The notes: generated from the letters alone by a model not told the origin. Shown: positions 48,817 through 57,753, numbered from the stretch's first letter. The stretch: 64,000 nucleotides of DNA from Dehalococcoidia bacterium (GCA_965198045.1 CBDAOL010000009.1:254445-318444), one strand, 5' to 3'. Numbers and translations: made by a program.

Positions 48817-49140
48817 CTATCCGAAGCTCACAACCCGATCCGCTTCTTCAGTCAGCCGTACGAGGTCGTCCATGGTGGACATCGGACAGAGGGCGCTCGC
48901 GTCCATCTCCCGAAGGCGCAGGCAGGTACCGCAGCTCAGCGCGACGCCCCCCAGCTCATCGAACCGGACGAGCAACGACTGGACGTCGAAGCGCTCGCTT
49001 CCCATCTGCTCGATGTCGACGGCCTGCCCGAGCAGGAACGCGCTCACCTCATGCCAACGCGAGAGCGCGGCGGAACCGAAGCGGAACGCGTTCCACACGG
49101 TCTCAGTCTCGTCCGTGTTGATCACCAAGGCGTAATTCAT
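48817..49140 (-). CDS. DsrE/DsrF-like sulfur-relay family protein
   Basis: 107 aa; ...VALSCGTCLRLREMD... Cys-containing DsrE-like motif. 9 nt upstream of the SQR-like gene. Confidence 0.6.
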   Translation of the reverse strand: MNYALVINTDETETVWNAFRFGSAALSRWHEVSAFLLGQAVDIEQMGSERFDVQSLLVRFDELGGVALSCGTCLRLREMDASALCPMSTMDDLVRLTEEADRVVSFG

Positions 49141-49286
49141 GGGCGTCTCCTCGGGCGGCGTCGCGGCGCCAACAGGCTCGGCGCTTCAGGATAGCGCTGC
49201 AATGGCGAGCGCAGACGGCGCCGGCAACCGCCAGGCGAGGAAGTTGATCGCGAGCGCGCGCTGGGCCTGAGCTGCAGCGTAGAGGG

Positions 49287-49800
49287 CTAGTCGTCGCTCG
49301 GCTCGTACGGGTGCTGGCGGAAGAGATCCGACATGCGCTGCCCGATCAGCTGCATCCGCAGGTCGTCATCGAGCCCGTGGAAGATCGAGCGGTTGATCGA
49401 CTCCTTGATCACGCCGATGTAGCCGTGGCTGTTCCGACCAAGCTCCGCGAGACGCTCCGCCAGTTCGTTCACCTCGTCTTCGAGCGCCCCCGGCGCCGCG
49501 ACCTTCGTGATCAACCCCAGCTCGGCAGCCTCCTCCGCGCTGGTGAAGCCGTCGTCGAGGATCAGCCGCATCGCATGCTTGAGCCCGACGTACCGGGGCA
49601 AGAACGCGGTCGCGCCGATCACCATGCGCAGCTGGCTGTCACGGGTCGGCAATCGCGAAGTCGGATGCCAGCATCAGGTCGAATCCCGATCCCATGCAGT
49701 AGCCATGCACCTCCGCGATCACCGCCTGCGGGATGCGCCGCAACAGCGTCTGCAGGCGGAAGTACGGATGCCGCTCGAGCCTGTGCGCCCCTGCGCTTCG
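49287..49800 (-). pseudogene. enoyl-CoA hydratase remnant (N-terminally truncated, internal frameshift or stop)
   Basis: The crotonase middle region (...QAVIAEVHGYCMGSGFDLMLASDFAIADP*) ends at a TGA. The C-terminal part (TTG-initiated ORF 49287..49652) is in another frame. There is no room for the N-terminal 100 aa before the upstream gene. Confidence 0.55.
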
Positions 49801-49852
49801 CCCTGTGGTGTCGGACCCGACGGCATATTACATCCGTGTGCGACCGACGGGG

Positions 49853-50680
49853 TCAGGCGAAGCGGCCGAACCGGGCGCGCAACCGTTCCTGGTAGTCAGC
49901 GTCGACCACCCGCGCCTTGACCGGGTAGGTCCACGTGCTGAGCGAGGTGCGTGCGGGCAGGTCCTGCTTCGGCGGGATGGCGGCCGCCGCGGCCGGGACC
50001 GTCCCAAAGGTCCCTTCGGCCTCAAGTGCCTCGAACTCCTCGTCGCTGAAGCCCATCAGCCGGGTCGCGATCTCACCGTTGTGTTCGCCGAGCAGCGGCG
50101 CGCGAGAGACGAGCCGCGCGGGCGTCGAGGTGAGGTGCACGCCGGAGCCGGGGAAGGCGCGCACACCCACTCGCTCCTGTGTGGCATCGTGCTCGACGAG
50201 CCAGAAGAAGTCGCGGTCGCGTAGCTGCTCGTTGAGCAGCAGGTCGCGGATGTCGTTCGCGGGCGACGCCGCCACGCCCGCGGCTTGCAGCGCCTCCGCC
50301 GCTTCCGCCGGTGGCCGGGCTAAAGACCACCGTTCGAGGCCCGCTCGTACTCCGGCGATGTCGCTGCCCTCGGTGTGACCAACGATGTCAGCGACGCGCT
50401 CGCACTCCTCCTGGGTGCGCACCGAGACGGCCAGCCAGCGGGCGTCGCCCGCCCCGGCAAAGCAGCCGGAGATCAGCTCGTCCGCACGCTCGCTGCCCGC
50501 GCGTTCGACCGGTACGCCCAGCGCCTCGCTGACGTAGAGGTCGCCGACCAGGTTGACGCCGATCTCGTACTGCGCGACGTCGATCCAGGCGCCCTCGCCG
50601 GTGCGATCGCGGCGCTCGAGGGCCGCGAGGATCAGGAACGCGATGTGGTACGCGACGACGTGGTCCATGATCGGCGGATT
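49853..50680 (-). pseudogene. family III CoA-transferase C-terminal remnant
   Basis: Homology starts at ...NPPIMDHVVAYHIAFLILAALERRDRTGEGAWIDV... (CaiB mid-region). The N-terminal 160 aa of the family are absent. Confidence 0.55.
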
Positions 50681-50689
50681 GCCGCGGCG

Positions 50690-51029
50690 AAAGGAAGCGG
50701 ACCCCACCGGCCTCTGCCCCCCAGGTCGCCGCCTGTTCGAAGCGAGACGACAGCGCGAGGATGTCGTCGAGGCTGGCCACGCTCCCACCACCACCCGGCG
50801 TCGCGGGCCCATCGGTGCCGTAGCTGCCGTCGGCTTCGTACCCGTACTCGCCGTAGCTGCTGTCAGCAGCTGCGGTCGCGGCGGCAACTCCCTGGTCTGC
50901 GCCCGTCTCGGCTGCTGCGATCGCGGAATCGTCGCGATCGTCGGCGCCTCCACAGGCGGCCGCCAGCAGCAGTACAGGAACCACAAGCAATCGAGTAAGG
51001 AACCGGATCTTGCGCCCATGGTCCGTCAT
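50690..51029 (-). CDS. putative lipoprotein (signal peptide, lipobox LAAC, Gly/Tyr/Asp-rich); its frame runs on into the CoA-transferase remnant
   Basis: MTDHGRKIRFLTRLLVVPVLLLAAACGGADD... is a signal peptide with a lipobox. The 3-prime boundary is uncertain. Confidence 0.35.
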
Positions 51030-51267
51030 CGGTCCACCTCGATTCGGTGGGGGCGTCTCATCTGTGATCGCGATCCTACGCCGCTCTCAGGAACTCACAA
51101 CCGTGGGCGAAGCTGCGGTCCGACCGCCCGGCTCAGGTCTGCCGGTGAGCCACCGGGTCGATCATCGGCCGCGATGGCTGGCCGGCGACATCCTCGATGT
51201 CTCGGCGCGCGCGCCCTCGTCCGAGGGTTCGGCGCGTGCCTGCGTGACTTGGAAAGCGGCCAGAGCT

Positions 51268-51456
51268 TTAGTCGTCGCTCGACAGGGGGCCTGGTGTCAC
51301 GTTGGGAGCCGGAACTGGGGTTGGGTCCGAGACGGGGGCCGCGGCCTCGGCGGAGCCTTTGCGCGCAGCACGGGCTGCTCTCTTCGCCGCGCGCTTCGCG
51401 GCTTTGTCGCGCTCGCGCTGCGACCGTTCAAACGAGAAGTTGGAGCGACGGGCCAC
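51268..51456 (-). CDS. small basic protein (62 aa: MARRSNFSFERSQRERDKAAKRAAKRAARAARK...)
   Basis: GTG start with a GAAGGAG RBS. Sits 35 nt downstream of the tRNA on the same strand. Confidence 0.4.
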   Translation of the reverse strand: MARRSNFSFERSQRERDKAAKRAAKRAARAARKGSAEAAAPVSDPTPVPAPNVTPGPLSSDD

Positions 51457-51490
51457 GAGATCTCCTTCGGTGGGTCCGATTAGGTCAAGG

Positions 51491-51565
51491 TGGTAGCAGG
51501 GGCCGGATTTGAACCGGCGACCGACGGCTTATGAGTCCGTTGCTCTGCCACTGAGCTACCCTGCC
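51491..51565 (-). tRNA. tRNA-Met (anticodon CAT); could alternatively be the lysidine-modified tRNA-Ile2
   Basis: GGCAGGGTAGCTCAGTGGCAGAGCAACGGACTCATAAGCCGTCGGTCGCCGGTTCAAATCCGGCCCCTGCTACCA folds as a cloverleaf: acceptor 7 bp (G1-U72), D arm GCTC/GAGC, anticodon loop CTCATAA, T loop TTCAAAT, encoded CCA. Confidence 0.8.
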
Positions 51566-51601
51566 ACACCTCGGATTGTCGCGTGGCGTCGAGGGCGCTG
51601 T

Positions 51602-52924
51602 CTAGCGGGCGGCGTCCGAGACGGCTTGCAGCGTCGACGTGATGTCGACCGGGTACGGCTCATCGGTCGGCGCGGTCGTGCGCAGCGTCGACGAGAGTGT
51701 GGCGCGCGCCGCGATCGTACGGTCGCGTGCAGCGTCGAGGGGTTCGCGGGGTTCGAGGCGGCGACCGCCGCGCATGACCGGTCGCAGCAGCGGCTCACCG
51801 TCGACGGTCTCTTCGGTAAGCGCGATGGTGTCGCCGCTGGCGATGCCGGTCGCGTCGTAGAGGCGGCAGACCTGCTTGCGCCCGCCGAGGGTCGCCTTTT
51901 CCTCCGAGCGCTTGGCGCGGGCGACACCGTCGTAGGCGGCGAGCTTGTACACAGCTTCGAGACTCGGTGCGTCGGCGGAGTTGTGCACAGCAGTGCCAAC
52001 GCCGAAGGCGTCGACCGGAGCCCCCGAGGCAACGAGCGCAGCGATGCTGTACTCGTCGAGGCCCCCGCTCGCGACGATGCGGACCTCGTCGAGCCCGGCG
52101 GCGTCGAGGAGCCCTCGGGCCTCAAACGCGTGAGCGGCGAGGTCGCCTGAGTCGAGCCGGATCGCTCGCACCGTAAAGGCGTCGCCCAGCTCCTCCGCTA
52201 GCGCAATCACCCGTTCGACGCCCTCGATCGTGTCGTACGTGTCGACGAGGAGCGTGGTCTCCGCATGCGTCTCGGCGAAGCTGCGGAACGCCGCCGCCTC
52301 GTCGCCGTACGCCTGGACGTAGCTGTGCGCCATCGTCCCCGCGGCGGGGATCCCGTAGGTGACGCCGGCCAGCACGTTCGAAGTGGCGTCGAAGCCCGCG
52401 AGGTAGAGCGTGCGGGCCGCCGTCATCGCAGCCTCGGTGCCGTGGGCTCTGCGCGCGCCGAAGTCGATCAGCGAGCGCCCCGCCGCCGTCTCCACCACCC
52501 GCGCGGCCTTCGAGGCGAGCATGGTCTGTAGATGCATCTGGACGAGTACGTAGGTCTCGACGAGCTGGGCGACCGGTAGCGGCGCCTCGACCCGCAGCAG
52601 CGGCTCGTCGGCGAAGACGGGCGTGCCCTCGGGCATCGCATCGACATCGCCCTCGAAGCGCAGCGCGGCGAGCCAGCGGAGGTCGTCGGCGCTGAGCACG
52701 CCGAGTGCCTCGTGTTGGCCGAGCGCCTCGTCAGTGAAGTGCAGCCCCTCGAGATAGTCGAGCACGTCTTCGATCCCGCCGGCGATGAGGTAGCTGCGCT
52801 CGGGCGGCAGCGACCGGATCGTGAGGTCGAAGACGGCGCTACGCGTAAGCCCGTGCTCGCGATAGGCGCGGAGCATCGTCAGCTCGTAGAGATCGGTGAA
52901 GAGCGCCTGCTCGTGCGGCTGCAC
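51602..52924 (-). CDS. pncB: nicotinate phosphoribosyltransferase
   Basis: ...ALFTDLYELTMLRAYREHG... NAPRTase N-terminus. GTG start overlaps the pncA stop; the long Arg-rich upstream extension in the track ORF is rejected. Confidence 0.8.
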   Translation of the reverse strand: MQPHEQALFTDLYELTMLRAYREHGLTRSAVFDLTIRSLPPERSYLIAGGIEDVLDYLEGLHFTDEALGQHEALGVLSADDLRWLAALRFEGDVDAMPEGTPVFADEPLLRVEAPLPVAQLVETYVLVQMHLQTMLASKAARVVETAAGRSLIDFGARRAHGTEAAMTAARTLYLAGFDATSNVLAGVTYGIPAAGTMAHSYVQAYGDEAAAFRSFAETHAETTLLVDTYDTIEGVERVIALAEELGDAFTVRAIRLDSGDLAAHAFEARGLLDAAGLDEVRIVASGGLDEYSIAALVASGAPVDAFGVGTAVHNSADAPSLEAVYKLAAYDGVARAKRSEEKATLGGRKQVCRLYDATGIASGDTIALTEETVDGEPLLRPVMRGGRRLEPREPLDAARDRTIAARATLSSTLRTTAPTDEPYPVDITSTLQAVSDAAR

Positions 52925-53520
52925 TACGCCGTGCTCTCGACGAGGGCCACTCCTGCCGCGCTCAGCTCCTCGAGGCGGCGCGCGGAGTCGCCCGGCTCGA
53001 GGTCGACGCCGCGGATGGCGTCGGTGAGTACCGTCGTGCCGAAGCCCAGGCGTGCCGCGTCGAGGGCGCTCCCGTGGACGCAGTAGTCCGTCGCCAGCCC
53101 GGCGACCACGACGCGCGCGATGCCACGCTCGCGCAGCAACCCTTCGAGGGCTGTCGCCCTCGTCGCATCGCTCTCTGGGTCCCGCATGGTGAAGCCTGAG
53201 TAGCCGTCCTCGCCGCCGGTGCCCTTGCGGACCACCTCGCCCTCCACGGTGAGGTCGGGGTGGAACTCCGCGCCCCAGGTGTCGCGAACGCAGTGGACCG
53301 GCCAGATGCCGCCGTCCTGCTCGAAGTGGGGCGTGTGTGGCGGGTGCCAGTCCTGCGTGTAGGCGACGAAGGCGCACGCCGCCACAGCTCGCGACACCTC
53401 GCCGTTGATCACGGGGACCACCGCTTCGCCGTCGCGAACGCAGAGCCCGCCGGGCGGGTCGGCGAAGTCGTTCTGGACATCGACGACCAGGAGGGCGGTT
53501 GCGGCGTCGTAGTCGACCAT
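52924..53520 (-). CDS. pncA: nicotinamidase/pyrazinamidase (isochorismatase family)
   Basis: ...ALLVVDVQNDF..., metal-binding ...DWHPPHTPHF... and catalytic Cys in ...GLATDYCVHGSALDA.... Confidence 0.75.
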   Translation of the reverse strand: MVDYDAATALLVVDVQNDFADPPGGLCVRDGEAVVPVINGEVSRAVAACAFVAYTQDWHPPHTPHFEQDGGIWPVHCVRDTWGAEFHPDLTVEGEVVRKGTGGEDGYSGFTMRDPESDATRATALEGLLRERGIARVVVAGLATDYCVHGSALDAARLGFGTTVLTDAIRGVDLEPGDSARRLEELSAAGVALVESTA

Positions 53521-53538
53521 CTCGCCGCTCCTCACCGG

Positions 53539-55593
53539 CTAGCGGCGGAGCTGGCGCTGGATCGGCAGCTCACGATGGCGCTCGCCGGTGGCGGAGAACA
53601 CTGCGTTCGAGATCGCCGGAGCGGTCGGCACGATGCCCGGCTCACCCGCACCCGTCGAGGCCGTCTCGGCGTCACCGACCAGCGCGACGCTGATCGAGGG
53701 CGTGTCGACGATGCGCGGGACGCGGTAGCGCGCGAGGTTGGCGTTGAGCAGACGCCCCTGTTCAAAGTCGATCGCTTCGAACAAGGCGTTGCCGATGCCC
53801 ATCACGATCGCCCCCTCCATCTGGTTGACCGCGCCGTCCGGTTTGACCGTCAGGCCGCAATCGAGCGCCGAGGCCATGCGCTCCACCCGCACCTCGGCGG
53901 GCTGCGCATCCGCCTGCAAGCAGACCGCCGAGTAGGACCCCACGTCGAGGCCGATCCCGACGCCGCTGCCAGCACGGCCGTCCCAGCCGAAGTCCTCGGC
54001 GGCACGTTCGAGGACGCGACGGTAGCGCGGCTCGGCGAGGTGACGCAGGCGCAACTCGACCGGGTCGGCATCGACCGCGTCCGCGATCTCGTCCATGTGC
54101 ACCTCGCGTGCGAAGTGGTTCACAGCGCCGCCGAGCGAGCGGTAGCTTCCCGCGGCCAGCGGGCTGTCGGAGCGTGCGACCGTCACGCGGGCGTGTGGTG
54201 TCGTATAGGGCGAGTCGGAGCCTCGACGCCCGATCATCGCGCGCTCGCCAGCGTGGAACGCATCGCACTGCCATGCGGTCAGCGTGCCGTCGTTGCGGAA
54301 CCCGCTCTTGATCTGGATCAGCGCCGCCGGGCGGAATGTAGCCCACGTCTGCTCCTCGGCTCGTGTGTACGCAACCCGCACCGGGCGCCCGGCCACCCGC
54401 GCGAGGCGTGCCGCCTCCGCGGCCGGAGCGAAGATCGACTTGCCACCGAAGCCGCCGCCGATGTCCGGCGTCAGCACGCGCACCGATGATTCGTCGAGGT
54501 CGAACCTCGAGGCGAGTTCGCTGCGCAGCCCGAACGGCCGCTGGGCCCCCGCCCAGACCGTCAGGGCGTCGCCGCCCCACTTGGCGACCGCCGCGCGCGG
54601 TTCCATCGGTGTGATCGAGATGTACGGGATGTAGTACATCGCCTCGAGGATCTGGTCCGCCTCGCCGAACCCGTCGTCGAGGTCGCCGGCCTCCTGCGTA
54701 ACGAAGTGGTCCTGCGCCGAGTCGATGAGGAGCTGCGGCATGTCCCAGCGCCCCGGCTGGCCGGCCTCTTCCTCCCACTGCGCGTCGACCAGCGACGCTG
54801 CGCGCTCGGCCGCCTCGTCGCTCTCGCCGAGCACTGCAACGAGGTCGCCGTCGCGCACAACGTCGATAACGCCGGGCAACTGTTCGGCGATGCTCGAATC
54901 CACCTCGACCAGCCGCGCACCGTACGAGGGTGGCCGCACGACGGCGGCGAACGCCATGCCGTCACGCAGCACGTCGCGCGTGAAGGTGGTCTCGCCGGTC
55001 ACCCGCGCGACGGCATCGACGCGCTCGGCGTGCTCGCCCATCACCGTGAACTCGTCCGACGACGTCAGGGCGGCGTCATCGTCGATTTCGAGCTCGATTT
55101 CGCGGCCGGCGAGGAGTTCCGCGTAGCTCACCGATGCACCAGCCTCGGACGCGACGACCCCCTCGCGCGCCGCGAGGTCCGCGACCGGGAGGTCGAGGTG
55201 GTCAGCGGCCAGTGCCAACAGCGCCTCGCGCGCCGTGGTCGCGGCCCGGCGCAGCTGCGGGCCGACGCGCGCCGTCGACTGGCTGCCGAACGTGTCCATG
55301 TCCCACGGCACCTGCGCCGTGTCGCCGAGGATCACGTCGACGGCGTCGAGGGGCAGGCGCAGCTCGTCCGCAACCTCCACCGCGAACCCGGTGCGAATGC
55401 CCTGTCCGTACTCGACCTTGCCTGCGTAGACCGTGACTGTGCCGTCCTCGTGCAGGCGCAGCCAGGTCGCGCGCTCCGTCTGCGGCTCGGTGTTGCCGTA
55501 CGTGACCCGCCCGTACCCGGTGAGTGACACTGGGAAGCCCACGGTCACGTCACCGACGATTGCGAGGCCAGCCGTCGAGGTCGTCGCCGTCAC
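53539..55593 (-). CDS. xanthine dehydrogenase family molybdopterin-binding subunit (IorB/aldehyde-oxidoreductase beta-like arrangement)
   Basis: MoCo-binding segments (...GGGFGGKS..., ...GSQSTARVG...) in an order unlike the classical large subunit at 1..2214. Start overlaps the 2Fe-2S gene stop. Confidence 0.75.
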   Translation of the reverse strand: MTATTSTAGLAIVGDVTVGFPVSLTGYGRVTYGNTEPQTERATWLRLHEDGTVTVYAGKVEYGQGIRTGFAVEVADELRLPLDAVDVILGDTAQVPWDMDTFGSQSTARVGPQLRRAATTAREALLALAADHLDLPVADLAAREGVVASEAGASVSYAELLAGREIELEIDDDAALTSSDEFTVMGEHAERVDAVARVTGETTFTRDVLRDGMAFAAVVRPPSYGARLVEVDSSIAEQLPGVIDVVRDGDLVAVLGESDEAAERAASLVDAQWEEEAGQPGRWDMPQLLIDSAQDHFVTQEAGDLDDGFGEADQILEAMYYIPYISITPMEPRAAVAKWGGDALTVWAGAQRPFGLRSELASRFDLDESSVRVLTPDIGGGFGGKSIFAPAAEAARLARVAGRPVRVAYTRAEEQTWATFRPAALIQIKSGFRNDGTLTAWQCDAFHAGERAMIGRRGSDSPYTTPHARVTVARSDSPLAAGSYRSLGGAVNHFAREVHMDEIADAVDADPVELRLRHLAEPRYRRVLERAAEDFGWDGRAGSGVGIGLDVGSYSAVCLQADAQPAEVRVERMASALDCGLTVKPDGAVNQMEGAIVMGIGNALFEAIDFEQGRLLNANLARYRVPRIVDTPSISVALVGDAETASTGAGEPGIVPTAPAISNAVFSATGERHRELPIQRQLRR

Positions 55594-56059
55594 GAGCTCG
55601 CCCCGTTCGCCCGTACCTCAGCCGCGGCACGCAGGACCGCTCGCTCGATCCGCACATACGTGCCGCCGCGGCAGAGATGCTCCGACAACGCCTCGCGCAC
55701 CTGTTCCGCCGAGGGCTCGGTCTCGCGGCTGAGCAGCCCGGCGGCGCCCATGATGAGGAAATGCAGTACCCGCATTGCATCGCGTTCTCATCGACGAACG
55801 CGCGCTGTACCGGATGCAGGTCCTCGGCGGTGCCGAGGCCCTCGATCGTGGTGACGCTGCCCCCGGTGACGGCGCCAACCGTGGTCATGCAGGCTCGCAG
55901 CGCCTGGCCGTCGACGAGGACCGTGCATGCGCCGCACAGCCCCTCACCGCAGCCGTATTTCGTCCCGGTCAGGCCCAGGTCGAACCGCAGGTAGCTCAAC
56001 AGATTGCGGTCGCCCCGTTCGAGGTCTCGCGACTCGCCGTTCACGGTCAGGCTGGGCAC
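55590..56059 (-). CDS. (2Fe-2S)-binding small subunit of the Mo-hydroxylase, frameshift near 55775
   Basis: Plant-type and second 2Fe-2S motifs (...GCGEGLCGACTV..., ...QCGYC...). The C-terminal ...IMGAAGLLSRETEPSAEQVREALSEHLCRGGTYVRIERAV is in another frame (track ORF 55590..55775). The GTG start coordinate is approximate. Confidence 0.65.
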
Positions 56060-56100
56060 GACCACCTCGTTTCCGCATGCGTCGCCGGATGATACCGCCC

Positions 56101-56682
56101 TCAGGCGCGGCGCTCGCCACCGATCTCGATCGCCACGGCCGGCCGTCGAGGTGACCCTCCGACGTCGAAGAGCGAACAGCCGGGACGCTTCCGCCCCCAG
56201 CGTGTGCATGTGCGCGTGTTCGATCGCGTCCAGCGCCAGCGACGCGACGGCCCTCCATCGAGGGGACTCGCGCCGAAGGCAAGCGTGCGCAGCTCCAGCG
56301 GCATCAACTCGGTGTCGTCAACGAGGTGGAAGTGCAGCTGCCCGACCGTCTGGAACTCGCCCACGTTGGTGACCAGCACCGGACGTTCGATCCCGCGTTC
56401 GCGTGCCACCGAGGCTGCGAGCGCGACCACGTCAGCCAGCTCCTCGACGGTGACCCCCGCGAGGAAGTCGCGGCAGGCGCGCCGCGCGACAGCGACGAGG
56501 TGTGTGCGGTAGGCGGGGAGCGGGTGACGGATCAGCACGAAGTGACGGCTCGATCCGCTGCGCAGCGGAGGTGGGATCAGCCTTGTCGCCAGCGCCAGCA
56601 GCGTGGCTGGCGTGCGCTTGGTCGGGACCGAAAGGAGGTGCCCGAGGCGCTGCCGCAGCGGCTCATTCGCCATCGATTGCAC
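56101..56682 (-). CDS. HIT (histidine triad)-like family protein
   Basis: ...RHFVLIRHPLPAY...VGQLHFHLVDD... is a HIT-like motif. The C-terminal 40 aa look non-conserved. Confidence 0.5.
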   Translation of the reverse strand: MQSMANEPLRQRLGHLLSVPTKRTPATLLALATRLIPPPLRSGSSRHFVLIRHPLPAYRTHLVAVARRACRDFLAGVTVEELADVVALAASVARERGIERPVLVTNVGEFQTVGQLHFHLVDDTELMPLELRTLAFGASPLDGGPSRRWRWTRSNTRTCTRWGRKRPGCSLFDVGGSPRRPAVAIEIGGERRA

Positions 56683-56747
56683 AGCCCTCGCACGACTGGT
56701 CGCTGGAGCCTCCGACGATCACATCGTAGCGTCGGTCCTCGGAGGCG

Positions 56748-57674
56748 GTGCAGGCAATGACTGATGAGCGCGCGCGACGGCCCGAGGACGAACAGCCGGT
56801 CGAGCGCCGCGTCACCGCGAACGGCGTGGGACTGGCCTACTTCGATTGGCCGGGCGAAGGCCCGCCGTTGCTGTTCTTCCACGCCACGAGCTTCCATGCG
56901 CGTTGCTGGGACGAGGTCATCCGCTCGCTCCCCGGCCGGCGCGCGATCGCCGTCGACATGAGGGGTCACGGACGCAGCGATCGCCCGGATCCGCCGTACG
57001 GCTGGGATCGCTACGGCGAGGACGTGACGGACCTCGCGCGCCAGCTCAACCTGGACGGCGCGGTGGGTGTCGGGCACTCGATGGGCGGTCACTCGCTGAC
57101 CTATGCCGCCGGCCGTGAGCCGCAGCGCTTTGCCGGACTGCTCCTCGTCGACCCGACGATCGCCCCGCCCGAGGCGTACGCCGACCGTCGGGGACAGGCG
57201 CCGCCGGGCACCGGTGGCAACCTCGAGTACATCGAACGCCGTCGCGACGAATGGGCCTCGTGGGAGGCGATGGTCGAACGTTTTGGCGACCGCTTCCCCT
57301 TCGCGGTCTGGGACCGACAGGTGCTCGAGGACTACTGCCGGTACGGGCTGCTGCCGGACGAACACGACCCAGCGTTGCTTCGGCTCGCCTGCCCGCCGGC
57401 CGTCGAGGCGGACACCTACCGGCAGGGCGGACGTGCCGACGTCTACGACGTGATCCCGAACATCGAGGCGCCGGTGCGCGTTGTTCGCGCGGCGCCGCCC
57501 GACCCCGACGATCGTGGTGCGGCCTTCAGCGCCTCACCATGCTGGCGCGGCCTGGCCGGCCAGTTCGCAAGCGCCACCGATGTGCTGCTCGCGGACCACA
57601 CACACTTCATCCCCATGCAATCGCCCGCGCTCGTAGCCGAACACGTCGCGGCGCTCCTCGAGGAGCTGGCCTGA
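56748..57674 (+). CDS. alpha/beta-fold hydrolase
   Basis: ...LLFFHATSFHARCW..., nucleophile elbow GVGHSMGGH, and a C-terminal ...DHTHFIP catalytic His. Confidence 0.75.
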   Translation: MQAMTDERARRPEDEQPVERRVTANGVGLAYFDWPGEGPPLLFFHATSFHARCWDEVIRSLPGRRAIAVDMRGHGRSDRPDPPYGWDRYGEDVTDLARQLNLDGAVGVGHSMGGHSLTYAAGREPQRFAGLLLVDPTIAPPEAYADRRGQAPPGTGGNLEYIERRRDEWASWEAMVERFGDRFPFAVWDRQVLEDYCRYGLLPDEHDPALLRLACPPAVEADTYRQGGRADVYDVIPNIEAPVRVVRAAPPDPDDRGAAFSASPCWRGLAGQFASATDVLLADHTHFIPMQSPALVAEHVAALLEELA

Positions 57675-57753
57675 CCTCGAGGGCATTGCGTGCTAGCGCT
57701 GCTCTGGGGATGACGTAACATGCTCCCGAGGCCCATCCGGACCGGAGGATTCC

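Noticed and set aside
49141-51490. Calling the tRNA-adjacent region a genomic island or prophage
   Set aside because: No integrase, recombinase, transposase, att direct repeat or phage structural gene is visible. Only gene remnants are present, so it is reported as a hypothesis rather than a mobile-element feature.
51491-51565. Possibility that the tRNA is tRNA-Sec (which would support the TGA recoding idea)
   Set aside because: The anticodon is CAT, the acceptor stem is 7 bp and the variable loop is short (5 nt). tRNA-Sec has a TCA anticodon, an 8-bp acceptor stem and a long extra arm.
52925-53377. 150-aa Arg-rich N-terminal extension of the pncB ORF (also similar extensions on the gluconolactonase, isochorismatase, class III ADH and ATP-grasp ORFs)
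   Set aside because: The extensions overlap the upstream pncA coding region in another frame and have nonsense composition. Family alignments start at the internal start codons used in the feature table.
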